Below are positions 11,768 through 21,301 of a stretch of DNA of 64,000 nt, in pieces. The stretch spans positions 1-64,000 of the forward strand of contig CAVSGI010000015.1 in NCBI GenBank assembly GCA_963727445.1, read 5' to 3'. The notes under the pieces were generated by a model. It saw only the letters and a program-made list of their open reading frames with translations. It did not search any database and had not been told where the DNA came from. The first letter of the stretch is position 1. Every line of letters begins with the position of its first letter. The position numbers were made by a program, and so were the translations under genes. Origin of the DNA: an uncultured delta proteobacterium. GTDB lineage: Bacteria; Myxococcota_A; Polyangia; Polyangiales; B10-G4.

Positions 11768-14700
11768 CTACTCGGCAGGCACGCAGGTGAATTGCTGCTG
11801 GAAGCCGTACAGAACGGGAGAGGTGAAGGTGTCGCTCGAGGACGTGAGGATCGCCGTCACCTGCAGGAAAGGCAGGTAGTTCGACTCGCCGTTGGCGACG
11901 AGCCAGTCACCCATGTCGAAAGGCGGCCCGGAGGGGATGGAGGTCGGGTCCGTGAAGGAGACGGTGACCGCCGTGCCGAGGTCGGCGAGGGTGTTCGCCG
12001 TCTTGAACTGGTAGGTGATGGACGAGTCGCTCGTCGCACCGGTGCCGGTGTCGTTGGTCCAGGTGAAGTCGCCCCAGTCCGGACGCGTGGTGGGCACGTT
12101 GCAGACCGTGGTGGCGTCGTAGACCTGCTGGTAGTAGCCGGTGGTGGGGTAGGAGGGGACGTCCGCCGGGACGACGATGCGCACCGTCTTGCGGGCCAGC
12201 TCGATGCTGCCATTCGCATACATGACCAGGTCGAACTCGAAGATCTGGTCCGTGGTGGTCGGCATCACGCAGTCGTTCTGGAAGGAGACGGAGAAGCCGA
12301 CGTCGGTCGCGGGGATGCAGCCCTGGCAGGTGTTGCCCGACAGCCCGGGATCGCAACGAGTGGAGGGGCAGCTGTTCACCGTGATGGCGTCGACGAAACA
12401 GGTCTCGTCGACGATGGTGGCGATGTTGTCCTCCGCGGTGAGGGTGATGTCGAAGCGGGTGCTGTTCGCCAGGTTGTAGACGGCGTCCGAAACCGCGGTG
12501 GAGAGGCCCGAGCCATCGCTGGCGATGGTCTCGACGTAGGGGTTGCCGAGGTCGTCGACCGAGTTGGTGTCCGTGCCGAGGTCCTGAGCGTCGGTGAGGG
12601 CCGCCCCGGTGCCGCTCATCACGGTGATGACGTGGATCTCGTTGGCGGCGAGAGCGGCGAGGGTGTCCGCGTAGCTCACGGGAGCGGCGGTGGTCATCGA
12701 GCCGGTGGTCCCGTCTGAGTTGTCCACGAGGAGCTGGGCGGCGCCCTTGTCGCTGTCGCCATCGACGACCGCATAATAGGTGCCGGCGGTGAGATACTGG
12801 CTGAGCTCCGCGCTTCGGAGGTAGGGGTGGGTGGGGCTGGGGGTGCCGGTCCAGTTGTCGTTGCAGGCCAGCACCGATGGAATCGCGTCATAGAGACCGA
12901 CGACCGAGTCGTACTCCGACATCCGCGTGCTCAGCTTGACGGTCCCAGCCGTGGTGATGTTGAACTGGAAGACGGTGTCCTGACTGTTCGAGTTGCAGCC
13001 CATGCTGCTCACGGCGTCGGTCTGGGCGAAGGTGGTGCTCATCACCGTGACCGCCGTGCCGGTGACGTCGCCGATGTCGTAGGCGGTTCCGAAGGTGTCA
13101 TTCCCGAGGGCGGCCACCGCCTCGGCCATGAGGGAGCTCGCGCTGGACGAGGTGTAGAGGTAGCTCCCCGACGGTCCGTTGTGGAACGGAGCGTCGGTGA
13201 ACATGATGACGATCGGAATCGTACCGAAGCGGAAACATGGGTAGCCGAAGTCGGTCGCGTTGGTACATGGACCGCGGTTCGGGACATACGCTCCGAGCCC
13301 CATGCCCGAGGCGACCGAATAGAGCGCCTGGGTCTGGGCCTCCGGCGTATCGATGTTGCCGTTGGTGGTGAGGCTGTTCACGGCCTCGGTGACCGCCGAG
13401 ATGTCGTCCGTGATGTCCAGCATGTGGTGATAGGGGAGCGAGTCCTCGTCGCCGGCCACCCCGTCGGGGTACTCGACGAAGTAGCCCACGCCGAACCACG
13501 CCTCGGGGAAGGTGCAGCTGATCGCCCCGATGATCCCGCCCGAAGTGGCACAGCCGAAGGAGCCCGTCGTCAGGTCGGTCTTCAGGTTGCTGATCTCGCC
13601 GTCCATCGAACCGGTGCCGTCCATCAGGATGTAGACGTCGGCGGTCTGGAGCGTGGTGTTGACGTCGACAGGGTCGATCTCCGCGGGCCCGCCGTAGGAG
13701 AGGGAGTGGAAGAGGCCGTCGTTGGTGGGGTCACCGTCACAAGGCGAGGCCCACCCGGGGCCGTCGCAGTCGTCGGCGGTGTCCGCGACGCCGTCACCGT
13801 CGGTATCGTCCGAAAGCTCGATGGGGTCTGGGCCGCCGTCGTAACGACAGGCGATTTGGGTGGCGTCCATGGCCACTGCGTAGATCGCCGAGTGATAGAG
13901 GGTGCCGTTCCAGGTGCGGGCGGCCCCGAACTCGTCGCCGTACCCGAAGGTGTCGTTCAGGGTCCAGTTGGACAGGTCGATGCCCGATCCGTGGTTCAAC
14001 TGGTCGCGCAAGACGCCGTTGACGTAGAGCGAGGCGTCGCCGGTGGAGCCGTCCCAGGTGAAGACGATGTGCTTCGGCGTGCTCGAGGAGAAGAGGCCGG
14101 CGTACTCCAGAACCGAGTTGGTGGTGTCGAGGAAGGCGTCGCCGTTGGCGTTCGTCGCCGTGGTGCGAAGGCGAACGATGACCTTGTTGCCGTCCTGGCC
14201 GATGGTGAACGCGCGCTCACTGGCGCCGTTCGAATAGGTGACGATGCGCTTGGGGCCGTTCTGGCCCGGGATGGTGGTCGACGCCCACACCTCGACGGTG
14301 AAAGCGTTGGAAGCGATCAGGGCGTTGCCGAGGAGATCCGAGTCGGCGGCGGTGGCCTCGAGGGTGGCGCCGTTGACGTAGGCCTGGCCGCCGTAGGCGC
14401 CCGTGCTGAAGGTGACGGCGGTGGAATCCACGCCGCCCGACGTCATGTTCACCACCGGCGTCGTGGGCGCGCGGTCGACGATGGTGGTCGCCGAGTCGGT
14501 GCTGCTGTCGAAGTGATAGCGGACGATCGCGCCTGGCGGCGTCCCACAACCGTTCAGCGTGATGCCGCCGACGCCCGGGTCGTACTCGATGCCGGAGGAG
14601 TTCGTGGGATCGAGGTCGGTGTCGTCGGGGGTGTCGCTGCCGATGAAGCAGTCGGGGTCGCAGGGGTTGCACTCGCTGGGCGCGGTGATCAGCGCGTCGG

Positions 14701-15016
14701 CAGGGATCTCCATGAAGTAGGAGCTCACGTCCTCGCAGGACGACCAGACGCCGCCGCGACAGTAGAGGCTGCCCGCATGACACGTCAGCCCGCCGGCGGT
14801 GGGCTCGGCGTCGAGGTAGCAGGGGATCGGAGCCGCGCCGGGGTCGCACTCACAGCCGGGCCCGGCGCTGGTGCAGGAGACGTCGGCGTCGCGACCCCCA
14901 CCCCCACCCGGCGCCCCGGGCGCGGGGTCGTTGGTGCAACCGGTCAGCCCGAAGAGCAGCGTCGCTGCGAGGATGAGCCAGGTCCTCATGGGCTGTTGGT
15001 TCATCGAGAACTCCAC
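11768..15016 (-). CDS. Large surface lipoprotein: Cys-rich N-terminus, LamG-like domain, Ca-binding DxDxDG motif, vWA (MIDAS) domain with PPC-like insert
   Basis: Lipobox GLTGC; FTVEVW..HIVFTWDG..LYVNG (LamG); DTDGDGVADTADDC; DVYILMDGTGSM; DTVFQF..YDSVVGLYD..CND (PPC-like). Start uncertain (15016, 15004 or 14989). Confidence 0.8.
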   Translation of the reverse strand: MEFSMNQQPMRTWLILAATLLFGLTGCTNDPAPGAPGGGGGRDADVSCTSAGPGCECDPGAAPIPCYLDAEPTAGGLTCHAGSLYCRGGVWSSCEDVSSYFMEIPADALITAPSECNPCDPDCFIGSDTPDDTDLDPTNSSGIEYDPGVGGITLNGCGTPPGAIVRYHFDSSTDSATTIVDRAPTTPVVNMTSGGVDSTAVTFSTGAYGGQAYVNGATLEATAADSDLLGNALIASNAFTVEVWASTTIPGQNGPKRIVTYSNGASERAFTIGQDGNKVIVRLRTTATNANGDAFLDTTNSVLEYAGLFSSSTPKHIVFTWDGSTGDASLYVNGVLRDQLNHGSGIDLSNWTLNDTFGYGDEFGAARTWNGTLYHSAIYAVAMDATQIACRYDGGPDPIELSDDTDGDGVADTADDCDGPGWASPCDGDPTNDGLFHSLSYGGPAEIDPVDVNTTLQTADVYILMDGTGSMDGEISNLKTDLTTGSFGCATSGGIIGAISCTFPEAWFGVGYFVEYPDGVAGDEDSLPYHHMLDITDDISAVTEAVNSLTTNGNIDTPEAQTQALYSVASGMGLGAYVPNRGPCTNATDFGYPCFRFGTIPIVIMFTDAPFHNGPSGSYLYTSSSASSLMAEAVAALGNDTFGTAYDIGDVTGTAVTVMSTTFAQTDAVSSMGCNSNSQDTVFQFNITTAGTVKLSTRMSEYDSVVGLYDAIPSVLACNDNWTGTPSPTHPYLRSAELSQYLTAGTYYAVVDGDSDKGAAQLLVDNSDGTTGSMTTAAPVSYADTLAALAANEIHVITVMSGTGAALTDAQDLGTDTNSVDDLGNPYVETIASDGSGLSTAVSDAVYNLANSTRFDITLTAEDNIATIVDETCFVDAITVNSCPSTRCDPGLSGNTCQGCIPATDVGFSVSFQNDCVMPTTTDQIFEFDLVMYANGSIELARKTVRIVVPADVPSYPTTGYYQQVYDATTVCNVPTTRPDWGDFTWTNDTGTGATSDSSITYQFKTANTLADLGTAVTVSFTDPTSIPSGPPFDMGDWLVANGESNYLPFLQVTAILTSSSDTFTSPVLYGFQQQFTCVPAE

Positions 15017-15028
15017 CGCGCGCGGTGG

Positions 15029-15045
15029 TGCAAGCGACGTTCCCC
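15029..15045 (-). promoter_or_regulatory. Putative sigma-54 (-24/-12) promoter
   Basis: Minus strand GGGGAACGTCGCTTGCA: GG-N10-GC spacing just upstream of the vWA gene. Confidence 0.45.
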
Positions 15046-15146
15046 CACTGCCTTTCCGCGTTTAATCAATGATTCCCCATTACTGCCGGCTTCTTACTTC
15101 GCGGTTTTTTCACAGGTCCGCAAACCTTACATAGTGGTCTTCCAGC

Positions 15147-16127
15147 TCAGCCCGAGTTTCCGGTCTGGCACGCGGGCGCGCCACCCCCACTTGGAGGCGC
15201 GCAGACCTGGCGCTCGGGGCAGTCGGTGTTGGTGGTGCAGGACCCGCCATCAGGCACGCACTCCCCCTGTCCATCCCCCCAGGCGTCGACGCAGCTGAAG
15301 CCGCTGTTGCACGCGCTCTGACACGGGCCGTAGTCGCCGCAGGAGGAGTGGAGCCGCGTCGGCTCGGTGCCACAGGCGTCGGTGCCGCTGCACCCGGCGG
15401 TGCTGCAGGTGCTGCCAACAGTGTCGAGTCCGCCGCACTCGGTGTCCCCATCCCCGTCGTAGTCGCGGCACACCCCCGATGGCGTGAAGCAGACGTTGAG
15501 ATCGGCGCAGGCGCGCGCGATGTACTCGCAGAACGATCCCTGGTTGAAGAGTCCCACGGCACAGGCGTAGCCCCAGGGACAGTCCTCGTTGTTCACGCAG
15601 GGAACGCGCCGGTCCACACAGCTCCCGGACTCGCAGGCGAAGCCGCGCGGGCACTCGCGCGAGTCGGCGCAGCCAGAAGAGGTGCGAAGGCAGGCGTCAC
15701 CGTCCATGGTGGGGGTGCAGGTGCTGGTGGAGGGGCAGTCCGCGTCGGAGGCGCAACGACCGCCGGCGGCGATGCAGTACATCTCGCCGCAGGTATTCGA
15801 CAGGCACGTGGTACCGGTGGGACACCCGCCCTCGCAGGAGATCCCCTCCATCGGGCAGTGGCAGCGGTCGGTGGCCATGCAGCGCATGCCGGTGTCCATG
15901 ACCGCGTCCGTGACGGCGCTGTCGCTCGCGTCACCGGGCGGAGCGCTGTCCATGGGTCCGACATCTCCCGCGTCCATCGCCACGCCGGTGTCGCCGGGCA
16001 CGCCCGTGTCGTCGACGGGGTCGGAGTCGCGCACGCCGGTATCGACGGGAGGTGGAGGCGCTTTGTCGTCGCCGCAGGCCGACAGCAGGAGCACCGCAGC
16101 CGTGGTGATGAGAATGGTTCGCTTCAT
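15147..16127 (-). CDS. Cys-rich repeat lipoprotein
   Basis: MKRTILITTAAVLLLSAC lipobox; D(T/A/S)x linker; repeated CxxxxDCPxGxxC. Confidence 0.8.
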   Translation of the reverse strand: MKRTILITTAAVLLLSACGDDKAPPPPVDTGVRDSDPVDDTGVPGDTGVAMDAGDVGPMDSAPPGDASDSAVTDAVMDTGMRCMATDRCHCPMEGISCEGGCPTGTTCLSNTCGEMYCIAAGGRCASDADCPSTSTCTPTMDGDACLRTSSGCADSRECPRGFACESGSCVDRRVPCVNNEDCPWGYACAVGLFNQGSFCEYIARACADLNVCFTPSGVCRDYDGDGDTECGGLDTVGSTCSTAGCSGTDACGTEPTRLHSSCGDYGPCQSACNSGFSCVDAWGDGQGECVPDGGSCTTNTDCPERQVCAPPSGGGAPACQTGNSG

Positions 16128-17482
16128 GGAGCTGGCTCCGTGCAGTCGATGCGCGCCCCGCGGGCCACCCAGTTGCCGCCCTCGACGTCGTTCCACAAGA
16201 CCAACCCCTGCCCGGTGGGCGTCACCAACACCTGCGTCTCGCCGTTGGTCCAATCGGAGAGCATGCCCGCCGTGGCGCGCGAGATCACGTTCCCCCCCGC
16301 GTCCACCACCACCAGCTGAACGCTCTGTGCGTCCATGGCGTCGATGCCGCGGTAGGCGACGAGCGCGTTACCGCCCAGGATCCCGATGGACGGCGCCCGG
16401 CCCTGCTCGCGAAGCGGGATGACCGAGCGCGGCTCGGTCGCGGTGGCCCCGTCGGCGTCGATCGCTCGAAAGCGCACGTCGAAGCGAGCGCTCGAGATGC
16501 GGTAGTCGTAGACGACCGCGCCGCCGGTGAGGGAGCCCTCGTAGTCCACGACCCCGGCCGCGTTGGGCATGGTGGTCACGGTGACCGGGGCGCCGCGCGG
16601 GGTGCCGTCGCGATCCATCACGACGATCTTCACGTCACGCATCGAGCCGGAGGCGTCGACGTCCTGAACCCACGCGCCGGCCACACCGTCGGTGAGCGCG
16701 CCGAGGGCCACCTTCCCGCTCATCCCCGTCATCGAGGGAACCGTCGACACCGAGCCGCTGGGCGCGCCCGCGCTGTCGAGGGTCGTCCGATAGGCCTCGT
16801 CCACGGCGCTCGCGCCGCTGCCTCGATGGTTCCAGATGACGAGATAGCCGTCGGCGGTCATCTGCATGGAGGCCCGGGTGTTGCGCGCAGCGGTCTCGGT
16901 GGTGACGTCCACGGGGGCCGTCGGGCTCGCGCCGCCGGCCGCGGTGGTGGAGGCGTGGATGTTGTAGCCGCGGAGGGTGTCGCCGGACAGAAGGCGCGTG
17001 TCCGACCAGAGCGCGAGCCAGCCCATCCCGAGGCCGCCGAGCGCGCCGCCCGACGCGATGCCGTCGGAGAGGTTCGAGACGTTCTGCTCGCTGCCGACGC
17101 TGCCGCTCACCGGGACGTGGCGGATGTAGAAGTCGTCCTGGCCGCTCCGCGACAGGGTGTAGCCCACCATGAACCCGTCGAGGCCCGTGCCCCCGCTGAG
17201 GTCCACGTCGGCGAAACCAGCGCCGGCCTCGCTGTGGATGTCGAGGGTCTCGGTGATGCGACAGTCGCCCGTCACCGGCGGCCCCGAATCACCGACGGCG
17301 GAGTCGCCGCCGCCGTCGCCACCCCCGTCACCACCTCCGTCGGGCGGCGCGCCGGTGTCTGGGAGGCCAGTGTCACGGCGGGGCCCGGTATCGGTCGGGG
17401 GCGGAGGCGCCATGTCGTCGCCGCAGGCCACGAGGAGGAGCGGCAGACAGAGCGCCGCGCCGGACAATCGCCAAGCCAACAT
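16124..17482 (-). CDS. Hypothetical lipoprotein, probable beta-propeller
   Basis: MLAWRL...LLVAC lipobox inside the long 16124..18820 ORF; repeated beta-strand motifs (WLALWSD, YLVIWNH, GLVLWND); its stop overlaps the next ATG. Confidence 0.75.
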   Translation of the reverse strand: MLAWRLSGAALCLPLLLVACGDDMAPPPPTDTGPRRDTGLPDTGAPPDGGGDGGGDGGGDSAVGDSGPPVTGDCRITETLDIHSEAGAGFADVDLSGGTGLDGFMVGYTLSRSGQDDFYIRHVPVSGSVGSEQNVSNLSDGIASGGALGGLGMGWLALWSDTRLLSGDTLRGYNIHASTTAAGGASPTAPVDVTTETAARNTRASMQMTADGYLVIWNHRGSGASAVDEAYRTTLDSAGAPSGSVSTVPSMTGMSGKVALGALTDGVAGAWVQDVDASGSMRDVKIVVMDRDGTPRGAPVTVTTMPNAAGVVDYEGSLTGGAVVYDYRISSARFDVRFRAIDADGATATEPRSVIPLREQGRAPSIGILGGNALVAYRGIDAMDAQSVQLVVVDAGGNVISRATAGMLSDWTNGETQVLVTPTGQGLVLWNDVEGGNWVARGARIDCTEPAP

Positions 17483-17571
17483 GAGCCGTAGCTTATCCCG
17501 AGACGGCTGGCGGCGTCGACGAAGGGGGGCTGCCTTGACCCGACGGTGAACCAGGGCACACGTTGTGTCGC

Positions 17572-18979
17572 ATGGCCTCCGCCCTCGAAGACGCGCTTCG
17601 GCGCATCGATTGCACGCCCGGCCTTTCGGCGATGCGGGATCGGGACGTCCTCGAGGCGTTCGCGCACGACGAGAGCGACGCCCCGCCGGCGATGCCCGGT
17701 GCGGTGGTGGAGGTGACGAGCGCGGCGGAGGTCGCCGCGGTGCTCCGCGCCGCCAGCGAGACCGGGGTCCCCGTGACGCCGCGGGCCGGGGGGGACGAGC
17801 CGGGTGGGCGGCGCCGTGCCGAGCCCGGGCGGGATCGTGCTCTCCATGACGAAGATGGATCGGATCGAGAGCATCGATCCGCGGGACATGATCGCCGTGG
17901 TGGGCGCCGGCGTGAGGACCGGCGCCCTGCAGGAGGCGGCCGCCGACGCCGGCCTGATGTATGCGCCCGACCCCAACTCGGCGGACAGCTGCACCATCGG
18001 CGGCAACGTCGCCACCAACGCCGGCGGGCCGCGCGCGCTCAAGTACGGCGTGACGCGGGAGCACGTGCTCGGGCTCGAGGTGGTGATGGCGAGCGGCGAC
18101 GTGCTGCGGGTCGGGCGCAAGACGAAGAAAGGTGTGACGGGCTACGACCTCACGGCGCTGATGGTGGGGAGCGAGGGCACGCTGGGTGTCGTGACCCGCG
18201 TCACGACGCGTCTGCTGCCGGCGCCCGAGTCGATCGGCACGCTGTTGGTGCTGCTCTCGGACGAGGCCCAGCTGGCCGACGCGGTGATGGCGGCGAGCGA
18301 CGGGCGCGCGGCGGCGCGATGCGTCGAGCTCCTCGATGCGCGGACGCTGGACGTGCTCAGGCCCGAGGCGAAGCTGCCGCTGCCGGTGGAGGCACGCGCG
18401 ATGCTGATCGTCGAGCTCGACGGCGACGCGGCCTGGCTCGAGCGGGAGATGGAGCGGCGCGGCAATGCGCTGAGCGACGCGGGCGCGCTGGACGTGCTGG
18501 TAGCGCGGACCGGCAGCGACCGCGAGCGGCTCTGGGACGCTCGCAAGCGCATGAGCCGGAGCATTCGCAAGCTCGCGCAGCACAAGATGAGCGAGGACGT
18601 GGTCGTCCCACGCACGAAGCTCGCCGACCTCCTCGCGAAAGTGCGGGAGATCGGCGAGCGTGAGGACATCGTGATGCCGGCCTACGGCCACGCGGGCGAT
18701 GGGAACCTCCACGTCAACTTCCTCTGGAACGACGGCGCCGAACGCGAGCGAGTGGAGCGCGGGATCGCCAGTCTCTTCGAAGAGGTCGTCGGCATGGGCG
18801 GAACGCTCACCGGGGAGCACGGGCTCGGCACGACCAAGGCGCCCTTCCTCGGTCTAGAACAAAGTGCGCCGCTGATAGAGCTTCAGCGGCGCATCAAAGA
18901 CGTCTTCGATCCGGCAGGGATCCTCAACCCAGGGAAGGTCCTGCCGAATGCGAAGAGCGTCCGTCACGGTGATTGTTGA
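17572..18979 (+). CDS. FAD-linked oxidase (GlcD / D-lactate dehydrogenase family); frameshift in a G-run at ~17790
   Basis: VPVTPRAGG joins TSRVGGAVP after removing one G; PDPNS..CTIGGNVATNAGG..KYGVT, GHAGDGNLH, GEHGLG, LNPGK. Confidence 0.88.
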
Positions 18980-20218
18980 TCAGAAGGCGGCGAGTCCGAC
19001 GGTGGTCTCGGGCACGTCGATCTCCACACCGACCTGGCTGAGCCGGCCATCGTCGCCCACCGCGAGGGAGACGATGCCGTCGGCCTTCGCGTTGAGGACG
19101 TAGAGATAGCTCTCGTCGGCGCTCGCCGCGATGTCGATGGGGCCCTGCTCGTCACCGAAGGACGCGCCCTCGCCACCCTCGGCGAAGAGGTTGATCGAGC
19201 CGTCGTTCGAGATCTCGTAGCCCGACACGGTGTTGGACTTGGTGTTGGTGGTGTAGGCGTAGTCGTCGCGGAGGATCCGGACCCAGCAGGACGCGCTCTC
19301 GCCGTTGGGCACCGAGGCGCTGAAGGTCCACAGCGAGCCGCCATCGGAGACGCGATAGGAGGACACCGCCGAGAGGCCGGGCATGCCGCCGAAGGCCTCG
19401 CTGACGAGGAGCACGCCGGTCGAGGTGAAGTCGAAGCCGAAGGGCGTCATGCCCTCGGAAGCATTGACCACCGGCTCGCCGAGGGAGCCGTCGGCGGCGA
19501 CCGCATAGGTGACGATCTGACTGGTGGCCTTCTCGGTGACGACGAGCCAGTCGCCCTCGGGGGTGAGACCCACCTGCCCCGGCGCGGTGGTCTCGGCGCC
19601 GCTGAGCGGCCGCTCGCTGCCGTCGATCGCGGCGAACATGCCGGAGGCGTCGACGGTGAAGCCGGCGACCGAGCCGGCGCCCGCCGCGTTCAGCACGTAG
19701 AGGCGGCTGTCGCGCATCACGAGGCTGGTGGGCTTCTCGCCACCGCTGGGGATGGTATCCATCAGCGCGAGGTGATCGTCGTAGATGCGCAGGGAGGAGA
19801 CGGTGCTGCTCCCGGCGTTGACGACGAAGAGCATCGAGTGGTCTTCGTTGAGCGCGATCGAGCTCTGCGAGCCGAGCCCTTCGCCGGTGCCGAAGTCGCC
19901 GGTGGCGAACTCACCGAGCAGCGTGAGCATGCCGTCCGCGTCGCGCGAGAACATCTCCACGGCGTTGCCGTCGGGAGCGTTGGTGAGCGCGAAGACCGCG
20001 CCGGTGGGCGGCGGATCGACGGGGACCGAAGTGTCCTCCGTCGGCGTTCCGCTGTCGGGCGGCGGGTCGATGGTTCCGGAGTCCGTGTCTACCGTATCCA
20101 TCGCGTCTGCCATCGTGCCCGCGTCGCTGCTGTCGCTGACAGTGCCAGCCGCGTCGCAACCCGCGACCATCCAAGTGATCAAAATGAAAGCCAAGCGAAT
20201 CTTGTTTCCGTGCGTCAT
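18980..20218 (-). CDS. Lactonase-family 7-bladed beta-propeller lipoprotein
   Basis: Lipobox VAGC; VFALTNA..GN, GLGSQ, LFVVNAGS, LVVTEK, TPFGFDF, YTTNT. Confidence 0.8.
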   Translation of the reverse strand: MTHGNKIRLAFILITWMVAGCDAAGTVSDSSDAGTMADAMDTVDTDSGTIDPPPDSGTPTEDTSVPVDPPPTGAVFALTNAPDGNAVEMFSRDADGMLTLLGEFATGDFGTGEGLGSQSSIALNEDHSMLFVVNAGSSTVSSLRIYDDHLALMDTIPSGGEKPTSLVMRDSRLYVLNAAGAGSVAGFTVDASGMFAAIDGSERPLSGAETTAPGQVGLTPEGDWLVVTEKATSQIVTYAVAADGSLGEPVVNASEGMTPFGFDFTSTGVLLVSEAFGGMPGLSAVSSYRVSDGGSLWTFSASVPNGESASCWVRILRDDYAYTTNTKSNTVSGYEISNDGSINLFAEGGEGASFGDEQGPIDIAASADESYLYVLNAKADGIVSLAVGDDGRLSQVGVEIDVPETTVGLAAF

Positions 20219-20441
20219 CAGTTACCTCCAACCCCATCACACCCCGTGCGTGACTGTGCGAGGTGTATGCGGAGGTGAACGAGGCGTTACGCCCGAAAAC
20301 CCCGATTAGATCGAAGTTTTTTTGTGTGTAACGTCTTCGCGAGCTGGTGCATAAGCGCGCGCCCGCCGACGCACTCCCGGCGAAATGCCACCTTCTCTGC
20401 GCGCCTGCTTCGCGCGCTGCGCGCGCTACGAAGACGCTCCG

Positions 20442-21293
20442 TTACGGCGTCGTTTCGCTTTCTCGGGATCGCCCGCAGCTGCGCTGCATGAAGCCCTGCC
20501 AGAGGAAGCCGCGGAGCAGGTCGTAGAACACTTCGAACTTGTGCTCGCCGATCGCGACGAGACGATGGCTTTCGGGTTGCGCGTTCGCGAGAAGACGCTG
20601 ACTTCGCACGTAGCGGTCGTGTGATGGATAGCCGACGTAGATCGGGACGTGGGATCCATCTGGTCGGTTACCCGCGACAGCCCACGCGAACACCTGCCGG
20701 AAGAATTCATCGTCGTCCATCGGTCCGAGGTCGGCGTTACCGTTCACGTCGAGCTCGTCCGACACCTGCGCTTGCCACGCGCGGTACCCACCGGCGTCTT
20801 CGATCTCGTTGCGCAGGTAGTAGGGGCCGTACCCCCAATCGCCGAGCCACGGTGCGATGACGACGATGCCTGCGACGTTGTCGGCGTGCGCCGCGCCGTA
20901 GCCGAGGGCGCCGAGGGAACCGAGAGAGACGGCGCCGAGCCAGATCTTCTCGTACCCCGCCGCGAGCGCCGGCTGGATCACGTCCTCGTCGAGGCGCTCG
21001 ACGATGCTGTGCTCGTAGTAGTAGCCGACGTGCGAGTCGACGAGGGTCACGTCGGCGTCGACGTTGGCCATGATCTGATCGGCGACGTGATGCGCGATCA
21101 GAGACTCGGGCGTCTCGCCGAAGCCGGGAAGGACGACGACGAGGCACTTGGGGTGCGCGCGATCCGGCGACGGAGTCGGATCGGCGACGTGCACCTTCCG
21201 GATCGGCGTGACCGTGGGACGCTCGCCGGGGATGATGCAGCCAGCGGCAAGGGCGACGAGCGCTCCGAGCAGGAGGTGGCGGGCCTCGAGCAA
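20442..21293 (-). CDS. Alpha/beta hydrolase lipoprotein
   Basis: Lipobox [13 protein letters not shown]; nucleophile-elbow-like LGAVSLG; C-terminal GEH. TTG start inferred. Confidence 0.7.
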   Translation of the reverse strand: MLEARHLLLGALVALAAGCIIPGERPTVTPIRKVHVADPTPSPDRAHPKCLVVVLPGFGETPESLIAHHVADQIMANVDADVTLVDSHVGYYYEHSIVERLDEDVIQPALAAGYEKIWLGAVSLGSLGALGYGAAHADNVAGIVVIAPWLGDWGYGPYYLRNEIEDAGGYRAWQAQVSDELDVNGNADLGPMDDDEFFRQVFAWAVAGNRPDGSHVPIYVGYPSHDRYVRSQRLLANAQPESHRLVAIGEHKFEVFYDLLRGFLWQGFMQRSCGRSRESETTP

Positions 21294-21301
21294 GGGGGCG
21301 C

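Noticed and set aside
16124..18820. 898 aa ORF as one protein (likewise 20442..23180, 22661..24688, 37956..39320, 38243..40372, 45178..47856, 47881..50334)
   Set aside because: The extensions overlap other genes and are low-complexity; credible starts or frameshift junctions lie internally.
20281..20340. GGCGTTAC...GTAACGTC inverted repeat / ECF promoter upstream of the lactonase gene
   Set aside because: Short, imperfect and widely spaced; it cannot be distinguished from chance by eye.
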